From Flectonema sp. DT1601 (lineage: Eukaryota): a stretch of 64,000 nucleotides of DNA. The notes beneath the pieces are model-generated. The model ran no database searches, had not been told where the DNA came from, and worked only from the letters and a program-made list of their open reading frames with translations. Location of the stretch: assembly GCA_964019425.1 (NCBI GenBank), contig OZ025785.1, forward strand, positions 496,001 to 560,000. The letters are read 5' to 3'. Made by a program: the position numbers and the translations under genes. Shown piece by piece: positions 34,007 through 44,988 of this stretch; the stretch's first letter is position 1, and every line of letters begins with the position of its first letter.

Positions 34007-34423
34007 AACACAGATCGAGAACGAACAATAATGACGATAGATGAACAGCAGGCCTCACTTATGGAAAACATGTCCTATTGGAAGCAGCAGGTCGTAAGAC
34101 ATCAAGCGAATAATCAAATCGCAGAGGCATCGTCGTGTGAAGAGAAAATAAAACAATGCGAGAGCGATCTACTTTGTTTGATGGGACAGAAACCAGATAT
34201 GTTGTCGAAGGCAGATCTCGCATCAGCCCATCTAAATAATGAAATTACGAGATTAATTGAACAAAGGACAACTTTTGAAATTGAACTCCGCCAACTGAAA
34301 GATGAATGTCGTGAAATTATTGATCAGGAAGCGGCTTTGTATTCTGCTACTTCAATGGCACCAATACCGGCCATGCTCCCTCCAGCTGTTCCACTACCAC
34401 TTCCTATGACTATGCTCGGCTGA
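30036..34423 (+). CDS. Large coiled-coil protein; exons 30036-30317, 30404-32325, 32400-33730, 34014-34423
   Basis: Three GT..CAG introns join four E/K/R/Q-rich ORFs with matching phases (0, 2, 1). An upstream exon cannot be excluded. Confidence 0.8.
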
Positions 34424-35342
34424 GGTTAGCCATCCATCTCCCTTCCTCCATTATATTTCCCCTCCAGCCTCCTTTTTGTTAATTGGCTTTCTTCGATTTT
34501 TTCTTGTTTGTAGTTTTTCTAACTTAGAAATTATATCGCTTTTTTTTTTTTTTTTTTTTTTTTGCTTCTTCTGTTTCAATGTTTGCTTAAAAGAAGTCAC
34601 CGTGAAGGGACCTTGTCTTAGATTTTTGTTTCCCTTTCTTTTTTTTACGCTGTAATTTCTTTTTTGGTTCCTAGCCCTTTGTAGCCTTGCAATGACTGTG
34701 TCAAGATTTGAATATAATGCTGTTATGTTCTCTGTATTTTACCCGAAAATTACCGTTTTTTTTAATTTTTTTTTTAAAAACTAGATAGTTTCCTTACCTG
34801 TATCAGTGTTATGATGTTGTTGTTTATATTGATTTCGGTAAAATTGTTGTTTCTTTCAAGTACCTTAATTCTTGACAGGAGGAGGATCGTTGCTTCCATT
34901 CGTCTGTTTTCATCTGCCAAAAGAATTTATTTTTCTACCGTCGTTGGCGTTAAGCCAAATAGATACGTGTGATGATTACGTTTAGATGTGATACTTTTAT
35001 TAGGGATCTTTATTTACATCTTAGTAATGACTTATCTATTATTCATCCTCTAGTGAGTTGTGTAATTGTTTGTTTACTTCAACAGCCAAGGACAGTATGA
35101 GTTGGGACACAAAGAAAGAAATATTAGAATCGAGTTGAGCATTCAATTCGAGTGCTGCAGCTGCCTGGTGTCTCTTGCGTACAATCGAAGTCGGAGTTTT
35201 AATTCATCACACGCTGATATTCTTCAGGTGGTTTCCAGACAAGTGGGAAGTTGACTCACAGCAGTTTCCTTCGTTCTTGAATTGAAGTTACGTATCCTTT
35301 GAATTAATTCTTCATCACCAGAAACTCATCCAGTTAAAAATA

Positions 35343-37526
35343 ATGACAACTATCGATTCCCTGTCCTCTGTTTTGAGGAGCCATCAGAGGTTCATGGCGA
35401 AGCTGCTGGTGGAAGTGGTGAGTCGGAAGGAGGAGTCGGGGGCGCTGATGGACAGCTTTTCAGAAGTTCTCAGATCGTCGGAGGAGATCATGAATGGAAT
35501 GACGGATGCTGAGGCTGCTACTGAATTGACGACGTACAAGGAAGTACACCGGGTGGCGAGGGAGAAGGAGTCGGCGAAGTTGGTGGAAGGAAGCTCGCGA
35601 TTACTGGGAACCCTTTCCTTGCATCCTGACATGAAGTGTGCCGATATCGGGTTTGTTAAAGCTGATCTCAAGGGGGACGGGAAGTTGGAGTTGGTCGAAG
35701 ATGACCTGAGGAATGTATTCTCGTCCACCTGCTTCCCTCGGCTGCTGAACGAGGATGAGTATTTCAACACACTTCAAATTGGTTACTTGGGCATGGGTGA
35801 AACAGAAGAGGGTGTCCCAGCCCAACTCAGGAAGGAACTCTTTCTGCTGCTGGACTGGCCGAGACTCTCCCACTCGTCGAAGGAAGAAGTCAGATCCCAA
35901 TTTGACAACACCTCATGGGGTGCTGAGATCCTCCGTGAGCTGGAAGATTCGAACAACTGGGGTACTATGAAAAGAACATACAAGTGGCCTCGGTCTGAAC
36001 GTGTTGTGACTGCGGAGGAGTTGAGAACTTCACATCTTCGTACTCGAATTGACATTTTGTTCGCACAAAATCCCGACATGTTGTGTGTCCTCGATGCCTC
36101 AGAATATATCGACTATGAAGGCACCTTTTCTAATGATTGTGTTAAGAAGCTTCCGTCTTGCATCCGTCGGTTGTCATTCACCAACTGCAGCCGTTGCACT
36201 GCTTTTGAGCAAGAGTTCCGGTCAGATAGTTGTGACTCGCTGACGTCAATAGATTTCACATCTTTTCACAACGTGACGGCCATCCCCAGCAAGTTCTTGA
36301 ACAACTTGAAGTCTCTGACTCACGTGGATTTATCATCCTTTAGTGAAGTTACGAATATTGGCGATGACTTTATTAGAAACTGTAAGTCCCTCGCCTCCAT
36401 CGATGTTTACGGTTTGTGGAAACTGACTACAATAGGAGATGGATTCTTGTATAATTCAAAGTCTCTGACTAGCGTGGATTTATCATCCTTTAGTGAAGTA
36501 ACGATCATTGGCGATAACTTTATTAGTAACTGTAAGTCCCTCGCCTCCATCGATGTTTCCGGTTTGTGGAAACTGACTACAATAGGAGATGGATTCTTGA
36601 ATAATTCAAAGTCTCTGACTAGCGTGGACTTGTCTTCCTTGAATGAAGTTACGAGCATTGGCTATTACTTTATTAGTAACTGTAAGTCCCTCACCTCCAT
36701 CGATTTTTACGGTTTGTGGAAACTGACTACAATAGGAATTGGATTTTTGTATAATTCAAAGTCTCTGACTCACGTGGATTTGTCTTCCTTGAATGAAGTT
36801 ACGATCATTGGCGAATACTTCCTTAGTAACTGTAAGTCCCTCGCCTCCATCGATGTTTCCGGTTTGTGGAAACTGACTACAATAGGAGATGGATTCTTGT
36901 ATAATTCAAAGTCTCTGACTAGCGTGGATTTGTCTTCCTTGAATGAAGTTACGATCATTGGCGATAACTTTATTAGTAACTGTAAGTCCCTCGCCTCCAT
37001 CGATTTTTACGGTTTGTGGGAACTGACTACAATAGGAATTGGATTTTTGTATAATTCAAAGTCTCTGACTCACGTGGATTTGTCTTCCTTGAGTGAAGTT
37101 ACGAGTGTTGGCTATGACTTTATTTGTAACTGTGAGTCCCTCACCTACATCGATGTTTCCAGTTTGAAGAAGATGATTAGAAAAAACAAACAAACAACGA
37201 ACAATAACAACCCACAGACTCCAAATGCTGGCATCCTATTCTTCCTTTTTAAAGTGTGTGACAACAACAAAGACTACATGTCTGCTTTGAGTGTTATTAC
37301 GAGGTATCCACAGGCTTGTACTGAGAAGTTGCAGTTGTTCTTTTTTCAAATATTAAATAAATCGAAAGCGACTACTGCAGAGAAGCAAAAATGTGATTCT
37401 CAACTGCAGACGAGTTTTGGAAAAAGTTTGGCGGATTTGGCGTCGATTGTCAACAGGTTCGTGAGAGAAACAGCTGATGCGGCTCCAGAAGTCGTCAGCG
37501 AACCCATCGATACGTCACATTGTTAG
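35343..37526 (+). CDS. BspA-type LRR protein, paralog 4, with an unrelated captured C-terminal tail (727 aa)
   Basis: Family sequence to about 37172, then non-family sequence in frame. Confidence 0.85.
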   Translation: MTTIDSLSSVLRSHQRFMAKLLVEVVSRKEESGALMDSFSEVLRSSEEIMNGMTDAEAATELTTYKEVHRVAREKESAKLVEGSSRLLGTLSLHPDMKCADIGFVKADLKGDGKLELVEDDLRNVFSSTCFPRLLNEDEYFNTLQIGYLGMGETEEGVPAQLRKELFLLLDWPRLSHSSKEEVRSQFDNTSWGAEILRELEDSNNWGTMKRTYKWPRSERVVTAEELRTSHLRTRIDILFAQNPDMLCVLDASEYIDYEGTFSNDCVKKLPSCIRRLSFTNCSRCTAFEQEFRSDSCDSLTSIDFTSFHNVTAIPSKFLNNLKSLTHVDLSSFSEVTNIGDDFIRNCKSLASIDVYGLWKLTTIGDGFLYNSKSLTSVDLSSFSEVTIIGDNFISNCKSLASIDVSGLWKLTTIGDGFLNNSKSLTSVDLSSLNEVTSIGYYFISNCKSLTSIDFYGLWKLTTIGIGFLYNSKSLTHVDLSSLNEVTIIGEYFLSNCKSLASIDVSGLWKLTTIGDGFLYNSKSLTSVDLSSLNEVTIIGDNFISNCKSLASIDFYGLWELTTIGIGFLYNSKSLTHVDLSSLSEVTSVGYDFICNCESLTYIDVSSLKKMIRKNKQTTNNNNPQTPNAGILFFLFKVCDNNKDYMSALSVITRYPQACTEKLQLFFFQILNKSKATTAEKQKCDSQLQTSFGKSLADLASIVNRFVRETADAAPEVVSEPIDTSHC

Positions 37527-38281
37527 TAGCTGATTGCACACCAGGATGAATGGAATGTCGAAAATTCTAAAAGCCGAGCGGAGTGCAGCTTCGGTGGTGC
37601 TGGTGATGCAGTCTAGACGAGGATCAACTACAACTAAGGAGTTCCCTTCTCCAATCGTTGTAACAGCCAGTGTGACCCTCAAAATTCCATTCAGGTAATT
37701 TGCCTCCGAAACTGAGCACCGATAAAACTTACGTCTGCGGGTATCGAATACTTAAGAGTCGATATTGTAGATCGATAATATAACAACCATATCTTATTTT
37801 ACGTAAATTAATTTGAATCTTCTTATGCTGAAGATATTTCTACTCCTTTATCAGTTCTCACTCCCGTGTACTCATCCTCACACCAAGAAAGCTTAATCCC
37901 ACTCTGTGTCCTGTCGAATCGAAACGGTCCCGGTCCAACCCCTGCGCAGAAGTAATCTGCACCACAGTGTTGATGCTTCTAAGTTAGTGATGTTTACTTC
38001 AACAGCCAAGGATAGTACAGCTGCCTTCATATTAGTTGAGACACAAAGAAAGAAATATTAGAATCGAGTTGAGCATTCAATTCGAGTGCTGCAGCTGCCT
38101 GGTGTCTCTTGCGTACAATGGTATCGAAGTCGGAGTTTTAATTCATCACACGCTGATATTCTTCAGGTGGTTTCCAGACAAGTTGGAAGTTGACTCACAG
38201 CAGTTTCCTTCATTCTTGAATTGAAGTTACGTATCCTTTGAATTAATTCTTCATCACCAGAAACTCATCCAGTTTAAAATA

Positions 38282-39625
38282 ATGACAACTGTCGATTCCC
38301 TGTCCTCTGTTTTGCGGAGCCATCAGAGGTTCATGGCGAAGCTGCTGGTGGAAGTGGTGAGTCGGAAGGAGGAGTCGGGGGCGCTGATGGACAGCTTTTC
38401 CGAAGTTCTCAGATCGTCGGAGGAGATCATGGTTGGAATGACGGATGCTGAGGCTGCTACTGAATTGACGACGTACAAGGAAGTACACCGGGTGGCGAGG
38501 GAGAAGGAGTCGGCGAAGTTGGTGGAAGGAAGCTCGCGATTACTGGGAGCCCTTTCCTTGCATCCTGACATGAAGTGTGCCGATATCGGGTTTGTTAAAG
38601 CTGATCTCAAGGGGGACGGGAAGTTGGAGTTGGTCGAAGATGACCTGAGGAATGTATTCTCGTCCACCTGCTTCCCTCGGCTGCTGAACGAGGATGAGTA
38701 TTTCAGCACACTTCAAATTGGTTACTTGGGCATGGGTGAAACAGAGGAGGGTGTCCCAGCCCAACTCAGGAAGGAACTCTTCCTGCTGCTGGACTGGCCG
38801 AGACTCTCCCACTCGTCGAAGGAAGAAGTCAGATCCCAATTTGACAACACTTCATGGGGTGCTGAGATCCTCCGTGAGCTGGAAGATTCGAACAACTGGG
38901 GTACTGTGAAAAGAACATACAAATGGTCTGAACGTGTTGTGACTGCGGATGAGTTGAGAACTTCACATCTTCGTACTGGAATTGACATTTTGTTCACACA
39001 AAATCCCGACAAGTTGTGTGTCCTCGATGCCTCAGAATATATCGACTATGAAGGCACCCTTTCTAGTGATTGTATTGAGATGCTTCCGTCTTGCATCCGT
39101 CGGTTGTCATTCACCAACTGCGGCCGTTGTATTAAATTCCAGCAGAATTTCCTGTCAGACAATTGTGACTCGCTGACGTCAATAGATTTCACATCTTTTC
39201 ACAACGTGACGGCCATCCCCAGCTACTTCTTGAACAACTTGAAGTCTCTGACTCACATTAATTTGTCTTCCTTTCGCAAAGTGACGATCATTGGAGATGA
39301 CTTTATTAGTAATTGTGGGTCCCTCACCTCCATCGATGTTTCCGTTTTTCGGAAACTGACTACAATAGGAGATGGATTCTTGCATAATTCGAAGTCTCTG
39401 ACTAGCGTGGATTTATCTTCTTTTGGTGAAGTAACGAGCATTGGCAATCACTTTATTAGTTTCTCTGCGTCCCTCACCTCCATCGATGTTTCCGGTTTGA
39501 AGAAACTGACTACAATTGGAAGAAATTTCTTACCGCATACGAAACTGACTAAGAATGATGTCAGGGGATTGGATGAGTGCAGTGATATCGTTAAAAATTC
39601 TTTTCGAAATTTAAATATATTTTGA
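38282..39625 (+). CDS. BspA-type LRR protein, paralog 5 (447 aa, shortest array)
   Basis: Family N-terminus and C-cap with few repeats. Confidence 0.9.
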   Translation: MTTVDSLSSVLRSHQRFMAKLLVEVVSRKEESGALMDSFSEVLRSSEEIMVGMTDAEAATELTTYKEVHRVAREKESAKLVEGSSRLLGALSLHPDMKCADIGFVKADLKGDGKLELVEDDLRNVFSSTCFPRLLNEDEYFSTLQIGYLGMGETEEGVPAQLRKELFLLLDWPRLSHSSKEEVRSQFDNTSWGAEILRELEDSNNWGTVKRTYKWSERVVTADELRTSHLRTGIDILFTQNPDKLCVLDASEYIDYEGTLSSDCIEMLPSCIRRLSFTNCGRCIKFQQNFLSDNCDSLTSIDFTSFHNVTAIPSYFLNNLKSLTHINLSSFRKVTIIGDDFISNCGSLTSIDVSVFRKLTTIGDGFLHNSKSLTSVDLSSFGEVTSIGNHFISFSASLTSIDVSGLKKLTTIGRNFLPHTKLTKNDVRGLDECSDIVKNSFRNLNIF

Positions 39626-40066
39626 AATATGAGATATTCGAATTGAAAACACCGTATTCAGTACGCCTGCTGATACTGATACGTAGTGTTCTAATGCATA
39701 GCATGAGGAAATATCAAAGAGTGACCTCTGATGAGGAGGAGTCAATCTAGTAGCTCAACTGAATCAGTAAAAGTTGACTCTACTACTCGGAGGAGGAAGG
39801 GAACCAAAGCTGGCAGTCGTGAAACGTCCAAACGCAAAAAGTCTGGAAATGATACTAAATTCGACCAAATTGGGGGAGTTCAATTATCAAATCAAACCTT
39901 GTAATGTTGCTACAAGAGAAGACTCATGTTCCCGTAACCCTCCTCATCCGAATTGTGGGGGGAAATTTTATCAAATTTTCTACGACGTCGAGTTAACATA
40001 TTACGGGGTTGATTTTTTTTTTTTTTTTTTTTTTTTGCATTTAACAGAATATTTAATAGATGGAAG

Positions 40067-40840
40067 TGCCCTACAATTTGGAGGGCGTGTAGGGCGCTTG
40101 TAGGGCGCATTTAATATAAATATTATTTTGGAGGGCGCTTTTTTTTACCTTTTTTATTACTGTAAGACAGCTAAATTGACGGGGACTTACACTGACACAC
40201 AAGTATTTTGACGCAGAAGCCGAATTTTTTTTTTTGACATGCTTGGCAGTCTTTCGAACAAGAGAAAAAAAGGTGTCACGGGGTTCGAAGCCGAGACCTC
40301 CAGGTCATGGTTCGGCGGTCAACAATGGCAAAAACAATGGGCCACCCCTTGAGAGCTTCCGGAGCCTGCTGAAGCTGAAACTCATTTCAGTGGACGATGC
40401 ATCCCAGATCTACAAGGAGCTGATTAGCCCGCAGAATGCACCGAGTCGAATATAGAGGGATTCGAGGAGGGAGAGTGCGTTCCTGCTAACCTGTTAATAA
40501 CTAGTGAGAAAAAAAAAGAAGTTTACTGGTGGCAAGTAAACTGATATCCCAGAGACGCATTTGATCGGGCGAACCGGAGAAAAGTCAAATAAGATACGAT
40601 TCGACCCTCGCTGAGGACAGGGGTGTGTCAAAATGAGCTCGGCATTATATTAAATTTAATTAAAAAAGCGCCCTACGCGCCCTCCAGCGCCCTATTTTGG
40701 CCCTACAATGGCCCTATTTTGGCCCTACAATGGCCCTATTTTGGCCCTACAATGGCCCTATTTTGGCCCTACAATGGCCCTATTTTGGCCCTACAATGGC
40801 CCTATTTTGGCCCTACAATGGCCCTATTTTGGCCCTACAA
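40067..40840. mobile_element. Probable DNA-transposon/MITE remnant with inverted GCCCTAC-type repeats
   Basis: tggagggcgtgtagggcgctt (40079-40099) is the inverse of 40666-40686 (20/21). GC-richer interior. No target-site duplication identified. Confidence 0.5.
40689..40840 (+). repeat. 22-bp tandem repeat (ggccctattttggccctacaat), about 7 copies
   Basis: Read directly from the sequence. Confidence 0.95.
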
Positions 40841-41326
40841 AATTTTGTGGCTGATTTTCACTTCCATCTATGAATGTTTTAACAAGTATTGTAAGAACGA
40901 AAAAGGATGTTAGCAGCACACGTAAACCTCCTTTAGCTTTATCAGTTTAAGTCGGTTCACGGTTTCGTGCACAAACAAAATTTATATTTGCACTTCAATG
41001 TGCTGCTAGGTAGAATAGGCATGGCTCTTTCACTTGGCTGACATCTGGTTCGTCAACCTTTGGAAAATGACTTTTATTCTTCTGAGAGCAGTTTTTTTTC
41101 TTGCTGTGACAACCGACGAAGACGCCGAAAAAAAAAAATAAATAAACGTATGAAACAAACAGGAAGTACAAATGTATTACGTTAGAGTTATATTTTCCTT
41201 CCACCAGCAGCATTGTACTGATGTGGTAAATGGAGATGAGATACATTACAAATTTCTGAAGTGTTTAGCCTAATAATAATTTTACTTTTCCTATTTTCTT
41301 AATAAAAAGGTACGCAAAGTTCTAAA

Positions 41327-42316
41327 ATGGGTCCGGCTCAGGGGAAGGAGGAAAGGGCCAGCAGGGCTGGTCAACAACAACAGCAACAGCAGCAACAACA
41401 ACAACAGCAACAGCAAACTGGAGGACAACAAGAAGTGAGATCGCCAGACCCTAGTGGAAGACCCCCAGCATCACCAAAGAAACCGAATGAAGGCGGAGGC
41501 AGTGGTGGTGGTCCAGGCAATAATACGGGAACTCAATCGTATAGTCTAAGAGCCGTGCAAGCAACATGTGCAAAAGGACAGGGAACACCTTCGATAATAA
41601 AATGGCCTGATGGACATGCGAAAAATGTCAGCGTTGAAGGCACCTTCACTAATTGGAGCAAGGGAGCTGTTGATATGAAGAGAACCGACAGTGAGTTTAT
41701 GGCTCTTGTATACTTGCAACCTGGTGTTCACACCTACAGGTTTATAGTTGATGGGCAAGTAATGACTGATAAAGATCAACCAAGAATCGTACATGAGAAA
41801 GGTCATTTTAACACTATCTCAGTTACTGATCAATCTGTGTTGGCCGAGTCTGATGATGAAGAAATAAATGATCCGGAAAGCAACTCTCTTAAAAACTATA
41901 ACACTGCTAAATCACATGAAAAGATTAGTTATTCTCAGACTAAGTGGGTTTTTGAAGAAACTAGAAAACTACCGCCGTTGTTTCCTCCTCATCTTCGATA
42001 CACTCCTCTGACGTCTCAGAGTGACGCTCGTGCTACTCAAGAAAAAATACTTCCAACTCCATACCGAGCAACCATCAATCATACGTACTTTCAAGCACGT
42101 GAAGGCTACAATGTAATTGGTTCGACATTTCGTGTTAACGACAAGTACAGTACTGTTGTTTACTACAGGACACAAGAAGAACAGGTGTGTAGCTCTGATT
42201 TAATTTATGTAGTTCGTTCTAAAAATTATTCTGGTAAAAAGAAAAAAAAGAAATCAACACAGGACACAACAATAGCTGAACATCAAGATCCTAACACTAG
42301 CATTGAGATGTTTTAA
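41327..42316 (+). CDS. PRKAB: AMP-activated protein kinase beta subunit; probable intron 42185-42262
   Basis: N-terminal MG; carbohydrate-binding module (VEGTFTNW, LQPGVHTYRFIVDG); ASC domain PPLFPPHL...LPTP...NH...KYSTVVYY. Confidence 0.9.
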   Translation: MGPAQGKEERASRAGQQQQQQQQQQQQQQQTGGQQEVRSPDPSGRPPASPKKPNEGGGSGGGPGNNTGTQSYSLRAVQATCAKGQGTPSIIKWPDGHAKNVSVEGTFTNWSKGAVDMKRTDSEFMALVYLQPGVHTYRFIVDGQVMTDKDQPRIVHEKGHFNTISVTDQSVLAESDDEEINDPESNSLKNYNTAKSHEKISYSQTKWVFEETRKLPPLFPPHLRYTPLTSQSDARATQEKILPTPYRATINHTYFQAREGYNVIGSTFRVNDKYSTVVYYRTQEEQVCSSDLIYVVRSKNYSGKKKKKKSTQDTTIAEHQDPNTSIEMF

Positions 42317-42653
42317 GTGATCTTTTTTTTTAGTGTTTTTTTTTTTATTTGTTTAGTCTGTCTCTTCTGTTTTTTTTCTTCTTCTTCTTTTTCATTGACA
42401 GGCGGCGTGTTCCATATCTCTCACGAATCGATTGTGTTTACAAAAAAAAAAAAATATTTATCATATTTTTATATATTATTTCAGAGATGCTACAAATGAC
42501 CGATGTTTGCTTTACTATGAAATTACGAACGATAAATAATGTATGCAAGGTGAGTCTCTAAACAGGGTTGAAATAAGGCGGAACAGTCTTGTTGTTTTAT
42601 TTATTATGGTCATATTTATAAAGAAAAAAAAAGCAAATCGACAATAAATAATA

Positions 42654-43952
42654 ATGAAAACTACGGTACTTCCGTATGCTGCGAGTGTGATAACCGGAAG
42701 CAGGTTTAACAATGCGCTTGATTGGGGATTTGACTTTACAAGATATATTAAAATGCAGACTCCTACGATTTATTTTTATCATGCTCCTGAATGTGCTGTT
42801 TCTGATTTAATGCTTCAGATTATTGAACGTCTCGAAACCAGGTATCCGATGGTTAAATTTATTGGGAAAACAGTAGCGACATGCAATACGGATGATTTAG
42901 TTCCTAAGAAGAAGGAATTGAAAGCGTACAATGAGAGAGATGCTGGAATGCTCGTTGAAAATTTTGGATTTGACTCGTTTAAGTCATTGGAAGATGATGA
43001 ATTAATTTCAGTAAGAAAACAACTTTTAGAAATTGAAAAAAAGAATCCAACCAACTACATCACTACGGCAATGCAATTGAGAACGACACGCAACACGACG
43101 AACGCTATTCTGTCAGACTCGGAAACTGATAAACTCATTGAAAAGAATTCAGCTGAACTTTCATCTACTGGACATTGGCTTCCAGGAACGGTTTACTTCC
43201 TTGGAAGAATATACAACATTGATAGAGTGAAGATGCTTGAAGAGAAATTACAGTCAATGGAACTTCAGGGAGAAGGTGTTAGTGGATGTTGTTTAACAAG
43301 TGTAAAACCAACAAAATCACCAAAACTTTCTTCAATGGACGTCTGGATTTCACCAAGGAGCCCTTACAGCTACATCGCAATCTACCGATTAGCTCAGGAG
43401 TGGGACATCCGAGATGATGGTGTCTACTGGTGTGAGACAAAACTTAATTTAAGACCAACCATGCCAAGTGTCATGAGAGGGATTCCAATACCTCAAACGA
43501 AGAAGAGATTTATTCTGTTGGACTCGGCTAGAGTTTGCAGATACTTAGACATTCCATTCGGATTCATAGTCGATCCTGTAGGTGATTCTTCTAGTAATGT
43601 TCTTAAGATTTGTGCTCATCTTCAGAGAAATCCTGAAAAATACAATCCAGGAACGGATTTTAAATTCCTACTTGAAACAATGAAAGGTTGTTGGAGTCAG
43701 GGAGTTGACCTGACAAACGTTGCGAATCTCGTTAGAATTGGAGCTCCTTTAGGAATAAAATCAATACCAGAAATCCTTTCTGCTGATTCTGATTGGAAAA
43801 CAGATATCACAGCATGCACATCTGAATTAGCATCTGTCTCTCTATGGGGAGTTCCAAGTTTCAGCTATGGAGACAAAAGCTGTTGGGGTCAGGACAGAAT
43901 GTGGCTTGTTAAGCAATGGTGTGGGGTGGACACCCCTGGTCCTGAGATGTAG
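42654..43952 (+). CDS. Two-domain DsbA / HCCA-isomerase (GST-kappa)-like protein
   Basis: WISPRSPYSY, LWGVPSF, WGQDR motifs, preceded by a degenerate first thioredoxin-like domain. Confidence 0.8.
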   Translation: MKTTVLPYAASVITGSRFNNALDWGFDFTRYIKMQTPTIYFYHAPECAVSDLMLQIIERLETRYPMVKFIGKTVATCNTDDLVPKKKELKAYNERDAGMLVENFGFDSFKSLEDDELISVRKQLLEIEKKNPTNYITTAMQLRTTRNTTNAILSDSETDKLIEKNSAELSSTGHWLPGTVYFLGRIYNIDRVKMLEEKLQSMELQGEGVSGCCLTSVKPTKSPKLSSMDVWISPRSPYSYIAIYRLAQEWDIRDDGVYWCETKLNLRPTMPSVMRGIPIPQTKKRFILLDSARVCRYLDIPFGFIVDPVGDSSSNVLKICAHLQRNPEKYNPGTDFKFLLETMKGCWSQGVDLTNVANLVRIGAPLGIKSIPEILSADSDWKTDITACTSELASVSLWGVPSFSYGDKSCWGQDRMWLVKQWCGVDTPGPEM

Positions 43953-44600
43953 TTTTTTTTGTTTTTTAAAAAAACAAAGTCTTATTAAAACTGACAATAA
44001 TAGTTAGGCAACACACCTGAGCCTCCTTTTAGCTTCTGTCAGTTTAAGTCGGTTCACCGGGGTTTTCGTTTGACACAAACAAAACAAACATTATCAAGTG
44101 TTATATTACTATTTTCAGTTTAGTTTTTTTTGAGTTGAATCCAAAAAAAAAAAAAAAAAAAAAAAATTTCCCCCTTGTTTCCTCGAGTTTCCTGCTACCC
44201 GAAAAAGGTTCAGGTACAGCTTACCAACGCGAGCATCCTACACGAGGATGGCCGTGTATTACTATTTTTCTATAATATTTTGTGTGATTTTTTTGAAATA
44301 CTATTTCCCTTACTCCACACAGAATCTCTTCATGGATGTTGACTCTAATTTTGAAAATATTTACGAAGACGGTCTCTGTTCTGTTACTCATTTCTAATTG
44401 GACTCTCCTATAAAGATAAATAACTTGTCACATATAAACCAATAGTGGAGTTTTTTTTTTTTTTTTTCATTGCCACTGATCATCTGTTCATTCACTTTTT
44501 CGATAGGAATTGCTCTTGATCAAAGTATTAAAGGGGAGTTTTTGTTATTTATTGTTACTCCTCGCAGGAAATTAATTTTTTAAAGTTTTTTAATAAAAAC

Positions 44601-44819
44601 ATGGCGTCTGTTGATGATATAAAATATCTCGATGGTCATGAGGTTTGTGTATTCTTATTGCTACTGAGAAGGGGGGATATCTTTATACTGTATTACATCA
44701 CTTTAAAACAGATACCGAAGTTATATAATTCCTTATTGAAAGACTTATTAAAAGCAAAACCCATTGATGCAAATTTATGGATGCTGACTTGGTTTCAGAA
44801 TAGGATACCAGTTCAGTGA
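44601..44819 (+). CDS. 49-aa RIIa/Dpy-30-type docking-dimerisation microprotein; exons 44601-44642, 44712-44819
   Basis: Removing the GTTTGT..CAG intron 44643-44711 gives YLDGHEIPKLYNSLLKDLLKAKPIDANLWM. Confidence 0.65.
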   Translation: MASVDDIKYLDGHEVCVFLLLLRRGDIFILYYITLKQIPKLYNSLLKDLLKAKPIDANLWMLTWFQNRIPVQ

Positions 44820-44988
44820 GTCTTTGTTTTGATTAAATATTTACACTTGTTGAGGTACATGTATTTGTGTTGTTTTTTTTTTTTTTTTTTTTGGTTTTTT
44901 GTTGTGTTTGATTTCGTGTCATTTTTTTTTTTTTTTATAGAACCCCCCCCCTCTCCCCCTCTCCCCTCATCTCACTCCCTCCCTTAAT

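Noticed and set aside
6298..39447. Recurrent antisense and alternate-frame ORFs over the LRR genes
   Set aside because: They are shadows of near-identical paralogs and repeats, with no independent domain signal.
40272..40316. tRNA-like 3' half on the minus strand (aggtctcggcttcgaaccccgtgacacc followed by a T run)
   Set aside because: No D-arm or matching acceptor 5' strand, and the T-stem pairs poorly. At most a degenerate relic.
40623..40913. 96-aa ORF with ALFWPYNGPILALQWPYFGPTM repeats
   Set aside because: Translation of the 22-bp minisatellite.
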